Notes: generated by a model from the letters alone, not told the origin. Shown: positions 25,971 through 39,650, counted from the first letter of the stretch. The stretch: 64,000 bases of DNA from Octopus sinensis (GCF_006345805.1 NC_043014.1:16492001-16556000), one strand, 5' to 3'. Made by a program: numbers and translations.

Positions 25971-28156
25971 TTATACAAGATACACATGTATATATATACA
26001 AACAAACACACATCTACATGTATATATATATCTATATATATATATCTTATGTGATGTATATATATATACACACACACCTTTGTACATAACTATAAATGTG
26101 TGTTGTGTGTGTGTATAGAAGGATATTTGTATATACATGAGAACTTTTATGCGTAATATATACATGTGAATATATAGACATATGCAAATATATGTGTGAG
26201 TGTTTGTACATATATATATATATATATATATATGATGTGCCTAATCATTTGATTAGAAAACTTACAGTTCAAAAACGGTAAAGAACTCAATACTATTTTA
26301 AAGTGTCTACTGTCTGTATATATATATGTGTGTGTCTGTGTTTGTCCCCCTAGCATTGCTTGACAACCGATGCTGGTGTGTTTACGTCCCCGTCACTTAG
26401 TGGTTCGGCAAAAGAGACCGATAGGATAAGTACTGGGCTTACAAAGAATAAGTCCCGGGGTCAATTTGCTCGACTAAAGGCGGTGCTCCAGCATGGCCGC
26501 AGTCAAATGACTGAAACAAGTAAAAGAGTAAAGAGTAAATTGAGCTCAAAATTAGCATGGAATCAGCATATTTGGAATTTTGTTTATTCCCTCTCTCTGT
26601 TTTAATGTATAGAGAGGGAGGTCCAATTTTTACCTAGTGGATATTCTTGTACATGTAAATTTCATTTTCCTTTGAAGAATATTGGCCAAATTTCACCAAT
26701 AAAAATCATATTATGCAATGGATTTTATTTTGTAGACTATTAAAGTCCGATGTGATGTTTTTTTTTCTCCCCAATTTTAAATATAGTCAGATAATCTGTA
26801 GTAGTGTTTATGTTTTCACAAGTAGGTCTGATTTGTTTGGGGTTTTTCTCTCACACCTACAAACAAGTTTGCTGCAAGTTACAGATGTTTTTAATGCTAA
26901 AAACAAGAAATTAGCTTTCACATTTTGTTTTTTTTAATCTAAGTCTACATGCAATTTTGAGAAAAGTAGTAGGTGGTTGTGGGATGTGCTAGGAACAACA
27001 GCTAAATCTCCCTTTAATCACATCTTTTCGTTTGAAAATATTTTCAATCCTCCCCCCACCCCACAAGTCTTCTCCCATTGTTTTTAAAGGCTTAATTTTA
27101 AAAAAAGCCAAAATTGGTCCAGGAAGGTGAAGCGGGAGATCATAAATTTTCAAAAGTTTTTTTTCATAAAAAGCTTCCCACCATTATTTCCAAGGTTGTG
27201 ATGAAAAAAAAAATGGAAAAATCCTCATCAAAATGGAGAAAATCCAACTTATGTGGGCATCCTGATCCAAAACTCTACTGTTTATAGCCATTTTTAATTG
27301 TCCATTAAAATTTAATTGAAGTAGTATCATGTTCCAAAATCTCAGGATTCATTTAGTTCCATACCTACCACAAATGTGCCCCTTCTGGATTGAACTTTGG
27401 GATTTAATAAGGTCTGAAAACCTCATGAAATCAGCTGGTTGTTACATGCAAAAAAATAGTCTACAAAATAATATTCATTGCATAATATGATTTTTATTGG
27501 TGAAATTTGGCCAATATTCTTCAAAGGAAAATGAAATTTACATGTACAAGAATATACACTAGGTGAAAATTGGACCTCCCTCTCTAGACATTAAAACAGA
27601 GAGAGGGAATAAACAAAATTCCAAATATGCTGATTCCATGCTAATTTTGAGCTCAATTTACTCTTTACTCTTTTACTTGTTTCAGTCATTTGACTGCAGA
27701 CATGCTGGAGCACCGCCTTTAGTCGAGCAAATCAACCCCGGGACTTATTCTTTGTAAGCCCAGTACTTATCCTATCGGTCTCTTTTGCCGAACCACTAAG
27801 TGACGGGGACGCAGACACACCAGCATCAGTTGTCAAGCAATGCTAGGGGGACAAACATGGACACAAACACACACACACATATATATACATATATACGACG
27901 GGTTTCTTTCAGTTTCCATCAACCAAATCCACTCACAAGGCATTGGTCGGCCTGGGGCTATAGCAGAAGACACTAGCCCAAGATGCCACGCAGTGGGACT
28001 GAATCCGGAACCATGTGGTTGGTTAGCAAACTACTTACCACACAGCCAGACCCCAATTACGTTAATACACACATGCATGCATCTATGTATGTGTGTCTGT
28101 ATATATATATATATGCATGCATACACACACACATATATGGAGATGTCTGTATGTAC

Positions 28157-28212
<56 letters not shown>

Positions 28213-28302
28213 ACACGTATGCATGTGTATATGTACATATGTATATGTGTGTGTGTATATATATATGTATATATATGTTATTATTTGTGTGTATGTGTAT
28301 GT

Positions 28303-28345
<43 letters not shown>

Positions 28346-28470
28346 CACATATATATACAGACAGTAGACACTATAAAATTGTATTGAGTTCATTACCGTT
28401 TTTGAACTGTAAGTTTTCTAATCAAATGATTAGGCACATCATATATATGAATATATATATATATATATAT

Positions 28471-28521
<51 letters not shown>

Positions 28522-28648
28522 AACACTCACACATATATTTGCATATGTCTATATATTCACATGTATATATTACGCATAAAAGTTCTCATGTATATACAAA
28601 TATCCTTCTATACACACACACAATACACATTTATAGTCATGTACACAG

Positions 28649-28688
<40 letters not shown>

Positions 28689-28757
28689 CATAAGATATAT
28701 ATATACATGTAGATGTGTGTTTGTGTGTATATATATATACATGTGTATCTTGTATAA
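25971..28757. repeat. Large inverted duplication (arms 25971-26741 and 27455-28757, about 710-bp spacer)
   Basis: Unique sequence, SINE and microsatellite segments are mirrored, e.g. cttacagttcaaaaacggtaa vs ttaccgtttttgaactgtaag, and attggccaaatttcaccaataaaaatc vs its reverse complement. The right arm has an extra SINE head and TA tract. Confidence 0.9.
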
Positions 28758-29510
28758 ATGTATGGACTTATCCCCATTGACTTTTATATCCAAATAAAGC
28801 AAAAAAAAAAAAGGTCCTCTTAATGACTTTCATTCTCAACGCAATTCGAGTTATAGGGCTCTAGTGCAGTCGAAAACAAAAAAATGGGACAAACTGTGAA
28901 TGGGTGGAAATATGAGTGTGATTGAGGGAATCTGACATTATAAGTAAGTGTTGGATTTTAATCAAAAGTATAAGACAAGAAAGTTCACATCTATAACTTT
29001 CAAGTAATATATAATTGTCTGTGGAAAGAATGCATTTTGACGTGAAAATAGTCAAGCAAAAAGTGGGCTTTTGCTTGGTCAAATTATGCTTGTCTCCCTT
29101 TTATGAAGCCCTTTAGTGATACCTATTTATTGACAGAAGTATTGAACGTGAGCTTAGTTATGCAATATCAGAAACAGAAAAGACAGATAAAAGAAGCTCA
29201 CTTTTTTGTGTACTTTTGTAAATAGTAGGGTACTGCCAGCCTCGCCTGGCCCCTGTGCCGGTGGCACATAAAAAGCACCATCCGACCGTGGTCGTTTGCC
29301 AGCCCCGTCTGGCACGTAAAAAGGACCCACTATCCTCATGGAGTAGTTGGCGTTAGGAAGGGCATCCAGCCATAGAAACATTGCCAGATCAGACTGGGCC
29401 TGGTGCAGCCTTCTGGCTTCACAGACCCCAGTTGAACCATCCAACCCATGCTAGCATGGAAAGCAGACGCTAAATGATGATGATGATGTATATATATATA
29501 TATATATATA

Positions 29511-30023
29511 TCTATATATATAAAACTGTAGTTGTGTGAGTGTCTGTCCCCTTCGATTTAGATTCCTAACTACTCCCACATTTTGCGGTGCAGTTTAACC
29601 AAATTCGTGTATCTTATAGTCGTGATTACTATCGAGCCCGTCTGACTATTAGCGCGCGTCTACGATGAGTCTACGATTTTAAAAATAATTTAACATCATT
29701 TTTTATTTCATTTTAATGCATAATTTTTTGTGTGTCGATAGCGGCGGAGTTGGCGTCCATGGTCACACCTGCACCTGTTTGCTTCTCCCCCTTCTTCCCT
29801 CCCTCGTGAAGCTGTGGGGAAGGGAGTGTAAGGAAATCAACATCGTAAAGCGTTGTCAAGGAGACCAGCGTTCTTTTAGAACAACGACTTCATGGCTTGA
29901 AGACACCAAATCAGAAATGGCTAAGAAAGCCCGAATTGGCATCTATAAGGGAAGTAACTCTCTAAAAATGCTTATATAGTTATTTCCCTTACAAACCCGA
30001 GCAACGCCGGGCGATACTGCTAG
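29511..30023 (+). mobile_element. Non-autonomous Helitron
   Basis: A|TCTATATATATAAAA 5' end, cccgagcaacgccggg hairpin, CTAG|T 3' end, inserted in (TA)n. Confidence 0.85.
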
Positions 30024-30122
30024 TATATATATATATATGTCTGTATATATATATATATGTGTGTGTGTGTGTATTATGTATATATGTATGTATACATATA
30101 TATGTATATATATATATGAATG

Positions 30123-30153
<31 letters not shown>

Positions 30154-30624
30154 GTGTATACATATATATGTATGTATATATATGTGTATATATATATATA
30201 TGTATAAATAAATGTATGTATATATATATGTATAAATAAATGTATGTATATATATATGTATAAATAAATGTATGTATATATATATGTATAAATAAGTGTA
30301 TGTATATATGTATGTGTATATATATATATATATGTATATGTATAAATAAATGTATGTATATATATATGTATGTATATATGTATATATATGTATGTATATA
30401 TATATATATGTATATATATGTATGTATATATATATGTATATATATATGTATATATATATATATGTATGTATATATATATATGTATGTATATATATATATA
30501 TATGTATGTATATATATATATATGTATGTATATATATATATGTATGTATATATGTGTATATATGTATGTATAGGTATATATATATGTATGTATATATGTA
30601 TATATATATGTATGTATTAATAGA

Positions 30625-30828
30625 GGCGCAATGGCCTAGTGGTTAGGGCAGCGGACTCGCGGTCGCAGGATCGCGGTTTCGATTCTCAGACTGGGCGTTG
30701 TGTGTGTTTATTGAGCGAAAACACCTAAAAGCTCTACGAGGCTCCGGCAGGGGGTGGTGATCCCTGCTGTACTCTTTCACCACAATGGCGGTGCCCCAGC
30801 ATAGCCACAGCTCAAGAGCTGAAACTGG
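30625..30828 (+). mobile_element. tRNA-derived SINE (family D) with a CR1-like LINE tail
   Basis: A box TGGCCTAGTGG and B box GGTTTCGATTC. The 3' end gcggtgccccagcatagccacagctcaagagctgaaact matches the LINE end at 31203-31247. Confidence 0.8.
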
Positions 30829-30978
30829 AAAAACAAAAACAAAAACAAAATATATGCATGTATATGTGTGTATGTATGTATATGTATGAATGTATGTATA
30901 TATGTATGTATGTATGTATATATATGTATGTATGTATATATATATATGTATGTATATATATATATATGTATATATATG

Positions 30979-31009
<31 letters not shown>

Positions 31010-31022
31010 GTATATATATATG

Positions 31023-31058
<36 letters not shown>

Positions 31059-31153
31059 TGTATGAATATATATGTATGTATCTATGTATATATATGTATG
31101 TATATATGTATGTATATATATATATGTATATATGTATGTTTATATATGTATGT

Positions 31154-31202
<49 letters not shown>

Positions 31203-31205
<3 letters not shown>

Positions 31206-34200
31206 TCTAGTTTCAGCTCAGAGCTGCGGCCATGATAATGCACCGCTGTTTTGTGCTACACTGTTATTGCGAAGAACCTCGTCTAATATGTGGCACTTGG
31301 TGAAGAATGGAGTTTGATATAGCTACTCTCATTTGCACCTCTTGCCGTGTGGTAGGTTCATCTGGGACTCTCGACAGGAAGATGTCCAGCTTTTATTTAA
31401 AAACTGCTACATCTACTTCGTGCAAGTTCCTCATACTCTTTGGGAGAATATTAAAAAGCTGTGGGCCCTTGAAACCCAGGCTGTTGCAGAAGCTGGTCTG
31501 AAGTGTGATGGCATTGCTGGGATATTTGGCACTATGCAGTGTCGTCCCGTTCTAGCATTGGAGTAGCTTACAATGCCAAAATTTGGCACAATTGTTTCCA
31601 GGATCATCCAGACTTATATTACTTCATACATCTCCTGTCTTCTCTCCAGGGAGTAGAGTCTTAGCTGTTTCAACCTTTCCCAGTAGCTGAGCTATTGCAA
31701 AGAGACGATCTTCTTTGTGAATTTTCTCTGGATTGCTTCAAGGTCCACTGTTAATTTTACACTGGTGGGTGACCATAGCTATGAGCAGTAATCCAGGCGG
31801 CTGAGGACGAATGTCCACCAGAGGACCATCATAGTTTCCTTATCTCTGGTTCTGAATGTTCTCAGGATCCACCCAGTCAGTCGTCTGCGCTTTGTTGCCA
31901 TCCTGGTAATGTGCACTTGGAAAGAGGTATCATCACTCATGTCGATACTCAGGTCCCTCACAGACTTAGGCTCTGGGATTGAAATTCCCTGTGGACCGGT
32001 GTATCCTGTAAGTTTAATATTCAGTTTTGGATGCTGGTAGCGCAGGGCCTGGTATTTTTCAGCATTAAACTGCATATTATTATCCTCAGCCCATCTGTAG
32101 ATTGAGTCCAACTCCTGCTGCAGGTGTGCAACATCGCTGGGGTTCTGTATTTTCTGCGAGACTTTCGTATCGTCTGCATAGCTGGCCTGAGTGGCTATCC
32201 GGGAATTTGAGGGCATATCTGAGAGGGCCACTATAAAAAGCAGTGGTTCCAGGACAGTGCCCTGTGGAACGCCGCTCACTATTTGTGTGTTCATAGAGGT
32301 GGCTCCATTAACCACTACTGCCTGACTCCTATCTTTCAGGAAGTTATGTAACCACACTCCAAGTTTTCCAGCTATGCCGAGGTCATGCAGTTTGTGGCAT
32401 ATCATACCATGATCCACCTTGTCAAAACTTTTGCAAAATCAAGGTAGATTACATCCACATTTGATTTGTTGAATAACTGCCTCAACACCCAGTCATAATG
32501 TTGTAAGAGCTGGGTCAGGCAGCTCCTACCTGGTCGAAAACAATGCTGGGTATCACTCAGCAAGTTATCTTCCTCAAGGAATGCGATTAGTTTCTTTCTG
32601 ACTATCCGTTCCATGACTTTGCTGATGTGTGAAGTCAGAGAGATAGGCCTATAGTTTTTGGCATCTGCTCTACTTCCCCCTTTATGTATTGGGCATATTA
32701 TTCCCTCCTTCAGCTTGCTTGGCAGTTTGCCATTCGTAAGAAAGCTCTGGAAGAGAATCTTGAGGGGTTTTGCCAGGGCATGCTTACACGCTTTGAGGAG
32801 GATGTCTGGGAAACCATCTGGACCAGCAGCTGAGTTTGCATCCACTTCATCTATGGCTAGTAGGACATCTTTTTCGCTTATGTCAATACATTCTATTGTA
32901 ACCACCTCGCTGGTTATAGATGAGGCGGCAAAGAAGTCCACTGGTTCGTTCACTTGTCTGTGTTCCAACAGGGTGGTAAAGACACTTTTGAACTGGTCAT
33001 TCAGCATCTCACTGATCTTAGTTGGACTGCCTGTGAGGGAGCCATCCTTTTGGAGGAGGGGTCCTATCTTGTAGTGCACTGAGACTGTTTCTTTCGCGTA
33101 ATGAAAGAAGGCCTTTGGGTTTGATTTAATATTTTTTATAACCCAGGCTTCTTTGTCTGCTTTCTCCTTCACATAGGATTGTTGCAGCCTTTTTTCGATC
33201 TCCATCAGTGTTGTTTTTAGGCGGGACGTTTCACTACTTTTAGGATGTAGGTTGAGACGATTTGCAACCTTCGTCCGTCGTCTCATGAGGATCTTCCTGT
33301 CTCTTGGAATCTTGCTCCTATTTGTTTTGGCCTTGTGCTCTGGGACATATTTCTGGCATACGGCTTGCACAGAAGACACGAAACATTCTAGTTTCATGTC
33401 AATATCTGGTGTGGAGAGACATTCTGGCCAGTCCTCTCTGAGGATCTCTTTTTGGATCGATTTCCAATCTGCTTTATGGAAGTTCAGATTGGAGAGATTT
33501 CGGGTGCTTCCTTTAGGCTGCGTGTCTCTGGTTACTTTTGGCCCAAACATAGACAGCTCTATTATGTTTTGATCCGAAACTGATGTTGGTTTCACTTTCA
33601 CATCATGAATGATGTCCGTATTGTTCGTGAAGCAGAGATCCAGAATGTTATTCGCCCTAGTTGGCTTGAGTTCAACTTGCTCCATGAATAAGGCATTGGT
33701 GAGGTTGAGCAGGGACTCCAGCTTTACTTGATTGCAATGATTCATTCCTGAGAGTATGTGTCCTTCGGGCCATTTGACGTTGGAGAAGTTGAAATCACCC
33801 ATAAGAAATATGGTCACGTGGTGTTCCAGATTCATGAGGATTTCTTTAATTCTTGTGAGACAATCTTCAAACTAGCCTGTGTGATTTGGGGCATCCGGTG
33901 GGCAATATGTATTGCATATGACTATATTATGTTGTCTTGCGTATACAGTTAAAGTGTCACATACCGAATTTGAGTATGTCATTAAGACCTGGGGTGTGAG
34001 GTCATCTCGGGTGTATACAGCAACTCCACCATGGCTCCTTTCCCTTCTGTCTGTTCGCAGTATGGCATAGTTTGGTATGTGTACTTCTGCGTCCTCTATA
34101 TCAGGGTTGAGGTGAGTTTCCACAAGTGCTATGCATAGGGCTTGATTGCATGCAGTAAGATCTCTCAGGAAAGAAATTTTGTTTCTATTTTGATGTAACA

Positions 34201-34360
34201 GGCCCCCAATATTTAGTAAAAGTATTGGGGTGACGGCTTTGCAGGCGTTAGGGGAGGCAATCCCGTGTCTGTTGACTGCAATGGTCTTGCATAGTGGTGG
34301 GCAGGGATCCTTCTCTGTGCTTGCTGTAGCCAGGTTAGCTGCCAGACAATTCTTTGCGCC
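31203..34360 (-). mobile_element. CR1-group LINE ORF2 (APE + RT), frameshifted, with intact 3' end
   Basis: [89 protein letters not shown] and LDYCS. At least two frameshifts. Confidence 0.92.
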
Positions 34361-34391
34361 ATATGTATAGGTATGTATGTATGTATATATG

Positions 34392-34475
<84 letters not shown>

Positions 34476-34497
34476 TATGTATGTATATATATATATG

Positions 34498-34544
<47 letters not shown>

Positions 34545-34563
34545 GTATGTATGTATGTATGTG

Positions 34564-34598
<35 letters not shown>

Positions 34599-35114
34599 GT
34601 ATATATATAGATATATATGGATTTATGTATATATGTATATATATATATGTATATATTTATGTATATGTATGTATATATGTATGTATGTATATATATAGGT
34701 ATGTATGTATGTATATATGTATGTATATCCCTCTCTCTCTCTCTTTCGGAGAGGCACAAGCACCTACACGCACACATACACACACGGCAGTAACTTCCGC
34801 CTGCCGAATTCAATCACAAAGCTTCGGTCAGCTCGGGGCTATAGTGGAAGACACCTACCCAAAGTGCCACGCAGTGGGACTGAACCCGAAACCATATAGC
34901 TAGGAAGCAAGCTCCCTAACCACACATATATGTATATATGTATATATATATATGTATGTATATATGAATATATATATATATGTATGTATATATGAATATA
35001 TATATATATATATGTATGTATATATGTGTATATATATATATGTATGTATATATGTGTGTATATATATATATGTATGTATATATGTGTATATATATATATG
35101 TATGTATATATGTG

Positions 35115-35145
<31 letters not shown>

Positions 35146-35199
35146 GTATGTATATATATATATGTATGTATATATATATATATATGTATATATAGAAAA

Positions 35200-35808
35200 G
35201 GGAGGAGCCATGGTGGAGTTGCAATGTACATCTGAGATGACCTCACACCCCAGGTCCTGTTGTCATATTCAAACTCAGTGTGTGACACTCAAATTGTACA
35301 CATAAGACAACTGAATATCGTCATATGTACTACATATCGCCCACCAGATGCCCCAAATCACCTAGGCATGTTTGAAGACTGCCTAACAGAAATAGGAGAA
35401 GTCCTCACCAAACTTGAACAACACAACAGTGTATTCTTCATGGGTGACTTTAACTTCCCCAATGTGGAATGGCCTGGGGGGCAGATGCTCTCAGGGATGA
35501 CACACCATCAGCAGGCACAGGCAGTGTCCCTGCTCCATCTCACAAATGCCTCTTTCATGGAGCAAATAGTTCTGCAACCAACAAGGGCAGATAATATACT
35601 GGATCTCTGCTTCACAAACAATATGGATATTATCCATAACGTGAAAGTGATGCCGACAATGATCTCAGATCACAACATAATAGAGCTGTCTATGTATGGA
35701 CCAAAAGCCCCTGTAGACACACAGCCTATACGAAGCATCCACCATCTCTCCAACTTAAACTTTCATAAAGCAAACTTGAAGTTGATTGAGAAAGAGATCC
35801 TCAAACGG
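35200..35808 (+). mobile_element. CR1-group APE fragment (second copy)
   Basis: [37 protein letters not shown] and SDHNIIE. Confidence 0.88.
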
Positions 35809-36360
35809 GATTGGTTCATCTGGGACACCCGACAAGAAGAGATCCAGTTTAGTTTTAAAGAAACCTACATCCACACCATGTAAGTCTCTCAGGCATTTAG
35901 GGAGGATGTTAAAGAGCTGTGGTCCTCTGAAACCCAAGCTGTTGCAGTATCTGGTCCTGTATTTTGATGATGATGTTGGAATCTTTGGCAGCATGCAGTG
36001 GCACCCTGTTCTGCCGTTGGGGCAACTTTGAATGCCAAAGTTTGGGACCAGACCCTCCAGGATTTTCCAGATGTATATCACTGCATATTTCTCCTGCCTT
36101 CGCTCTAGGGAGAAGAGGTTTAATACTTTCAGTCTTTCCCAGTAGCTGATATTTTCCATTGAGACGATCTTCTTTGTGTAGCTTCTTTGAATTGCTTTGA
36201 GTTCTGCTGTTAGTTTCATATTGTGTGGTGACCATAGTTGGGAGCAGTAGTCCAAGCGGCTGAGGACGAATGTTTTCCAGAGGACCATTAGTGTCTCCTT
36301 CTCTCTTGTTCTGAAAGTTTGGAGAATCCATCCCGCTAGCCGTCTGCATTTTATCACCAG
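35809..36360 (-). mobile_element. CR1-group RT C-terminal fragment abutting the APE fragment in opposite orientation
   Basis: [29 protein letters not shown] and FKTKLDLFLSGVPDEP. Confidence 0.88.
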
Positions 36361-36365
36361 ATTAG

Positions 36366-36545
<180 letters not shown>

Positions 36546-36716
36546 ATATATATGTATCTATATATATGTATATACATATATGTATCTATATATATGTATA
36601 TACATATATGTATCTATATATGTATATACATATATATATATGTATATATATGTATATATATATGTATATATATATATGTATATGTATATATGTAATTATA
36701 TATATGTATATATTGC

Positions 36717-36747
<31 letters not shown>

Positions 36748-37189
36748 TTTCAGCTTCGCCTCGTATTGCATATTATTTCTCCATACAGGGGTTTTTTTGT
36801 TTTTTTTTTTCAATGGCGGCCCATTTCCGCGGGGTTCCACTATTTCCCTTCTCTCTCTCTCCCTCTTTTACGCTGTCTGCCATCCCCCCTCTTCCTTTGC
36901 TAAGAGCATTTTTAAGCCAGCCCGTCATATTCCCGGTGCACCCGCCCTTGCCCACCCCCCACCAATACCGGATATCTCTATATTTTTGCTCCATCTATAC
37001 CGGATTTCGCTTCTCCCACCACCATTATAGGTGTCTACTCTTCGAACCCCCCTCTTCAATACGCTATTTCACCATGCATTACCCCTCTCTTGATATCCTA
37101 CGTTCTACTTGCCTAGAACCTGTCATCATTTCTCTGAACCACCCCTCCCCACTGGTGCTCCCCTATATTTCTGCCCCCCCCCCCCCCCA

Positions 37190-37435
37190 TAAAAAGCACC
37201 ATCCGAACGTGGCCGATGCCAGACCCCTCTGGCACCTGTGCAGGTGGCACGTAAAAAACACCCACTACACTCGCGGAGTGGTTGGCGTTAGGAAGGGCAT
37301 CCAGCTGTAGAAACACTGCCAGACTAGACTGGAGCCTGGGGCAGTCCCTAGCTCCCCAGACCCCGGTTGAAACCATCCAACCCGTGCTAGCGCGGAAAAC
37401 GGACGTTAAACGATGATGATGATGATGATGATGAT
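37190..37435 (+). mobile_element. Repeat family C with (GAT)n tail (SINE or RTE-type 3' end), representative copy. Other copies at about 620-800, 1670-2050, 2250-2600, 4520-4885, 6555-6800, 15080-15380, 29230-29490, 39690-39955 and 54506-54700
   Basis: gtggcacgtaaaaa(g)cacc...gttggcgttaggaagggcatccagctgtagaaac...ccaacccatgctagcatggaaagcggacgttaaacgatgatgatg recurs in both orientations. Confidence 0.8.
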
Positions 37436-37500
37436 ATATATATATATACATATATATATATATGTAATTATATATATGTAATTATATGTATCTATATATA

Positions 37501-37519
<19 letters not shown>

Positions 37520-37549
<30 letters not shown>

Positions 37550-39650
37550 TGAAATGGATAAATGAATTATCTTGTTACGGATTATTCAAAATTTAACTGA
37601 TACCTGGGTAGCAAAAATCACAACAGAAAAAACACGGTTGAAGTTACGACCATGGGGTGTCGCAACCATGCCTTAGCGCGGATAATTGAAGTTTAATATA
37701 TTTAGTGAAGGGAAGAAATGGAGCTGAACGAAGATTCTACAGAATTCCTTTTATTATTTTCTACACAAGTTTCAAAGGCCGCAAATTTCTAAATTCGGAT
37801 TGAATAAGGAGACCATTTTGCAGCTTTCTCTTCAGGAAAATCCAGGAATTTAAATCTCCAAACAAATGCGCAGCAAGCAATTTGAACAAAACGCTCCCTA
37901 GGAGCCCCTGGAATGGCACAAACTGTCTCTCAATGTGCGTTGACGTCAGGGGGGTGGAGGCCGACGTAAAAGTCCGTTGGAATAAATCGAGGTCAAACTG
38001 CGGTCAAACCTGGTAGGGGAAGAAATACTGAAAACCAAAGGGTATGAATATATTCTGTATAACTAATGTTAATGTTCGGATTGTTTTAAGAATTAAGGCT
38101 ATCTTATTTAGGTGTGTGAACCTACCTACATGTATGTGTGTGTGCGCCTGTGTATGTGTGGCAGTATGTTAGGAAGCAGCTAGAGGGAAAGAGTACTGCT
38201 GATATTGTTGGTCAAGTGGCTGATAAAAGCCTGTGTCTGTGTGTTCGTCTGTGGCCAGCTTGTATACAGATGACTTGTCAAATCAAGGGGCGTATAATCC
38301 CTGATATTGCTTCTAAAAAAGTAGCAGACCATACGCTAAAAGGGGAGTAATTTCCCCTTGCAAATTTAATTCAAAGATTTTTTTCAAAATTTTTCCAAAA
38401 TTTTTTTCTTTTTCTTATGACATCAAGGTGTTAATTATCTTAGGTTTCAATTGTATGCAAGAAATGTGTGCCGCCGCCAGTGGGGACATCAAAATAATTT
38501 TGCAAAATCCCGTTAACTAAGCGCCCTCGGGCGAACAAAATGTGAAAAAGTTCAGAGTTGCAGAGATTACATATTCTTTTGCCTCTATCAAACGGTAGAG
38601 ACACCGATAAAATCGACCATTCCAGTCTAAATGCTGAATTCGCGTTCTTCAAACGCCAGATCAATTTACTAAGTCCTGTCGCGTGTTGTTTCTTAAAATC
38701 GCGAAATGTTGTGAAGTGGTTCGATATTCTCACGGCCAATTTTGATGATGACGCTCCGATATACAAGTAGACATCTGATTCAGTGTAAACTCTGCATTGG
38801 TAAATAGCATTTCTAATCTTGGAATTACTAGATAAGAACCTTATTCTATTGGGATTTGCTTCCGATATTAATACGGCGTTCTTATTACTATAATGATTGT
38901 GAGAACTGCGGCTGTCTTCGACATTATACACCCCATTATCAATACTATTTAATGGAATATCACCTGTATATTCCCTGTCACTGAGATCGCTGTGATTGCT
39001 AATGTCCGTGATCCTACTGTTGTCAAAACCGTTGCTAAAGGTGTTATTAGGACTCTCTACATTAATGACTCGGACAGTGCTCTCATCCCTATTACCATTA
39101 CTAACGTTAGTGTCGTCACCATTGCTCCTATCCTTATTCCTATTATTAACTCCATGGCTGGTATGGAGATTGCTAATCTCTGTGCCGGTTCTATTATCAT
39201 TATTACTATTATTATTACTGCGTGTTATTCTGGCATTAGACGGAGCTGCGTCTCCGGACGAGGGTGATAGGGTCTTATTTAGCAGCTTATTGTTATGGGA
39301 GGAAATTATCTGGGAGAGATTTTTTGTGTTGGAGAAGGCTATCCTAACTTTGTGTGAGTTAACAGTGGCGTAATATCTGGAATTTCTGGGGAAATTACTG
39401 GCAATGGCTTGGCGAAACTGCAGGGGTAGATTAGATCTTATTTGTTTACCAAATGGAATTACAAACCAAATATATTTATTCCTGTTTTTGTAATGGGTCG
39501 GGGAGTCAACACTGGTTCTGATATGTCTACACAGCAACGGAGTAAAAGGATGGCATAGAAATTTTATTGCTACTATGGGAAATTACTGCTCTGCTTTGCA
39601 AGTTCTCTTTTTACGAGAACATATCAACTTGCATATGAAGGCATTACTGT
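37520..39650 (-). mobile_element. Penelope-like element (Naiad-type) 3' portion: RT thumb, GIY-YIG endonuclease and 3' pLTR region
   Basis: ORF 39537-38440: RNKYIWFVIPF, NFPRNSRYYATVNSHKVRIAFSNTKN..IISSHNNKLL, AIYQCRV..YLYIGASS..RISNHFTTF..ATGLSKLIWRLK..EWSIL..CNLCNSELFHI. Hammerhead fold downstream on the same strand. Confidence 0.85.
37743..37850 (-). ncRNA. Type I hammerhead ribozyme (full-size fold)
   Basis: Core CUGAAGA (37835-37829), GAAAC (37773-37769), GUA cleavage triplet (37764-37762). Stem I AUUUUC/GAAAAU, an internal loop, then AAUUCCU/AGGAAUU. Stem II GAAAGCUGCAAA/UUUGCGGCCUUU with a 31-nt loop. Stem III AC-UUGU-GU. Confidence 0.85.

Noticed and set aside
30625-30700. tRNA gene
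   Set aside because: It has A/B boxes but no closing acceptor stem or terminator, and it continues into a LINE-type tail, so it is a SINE head.
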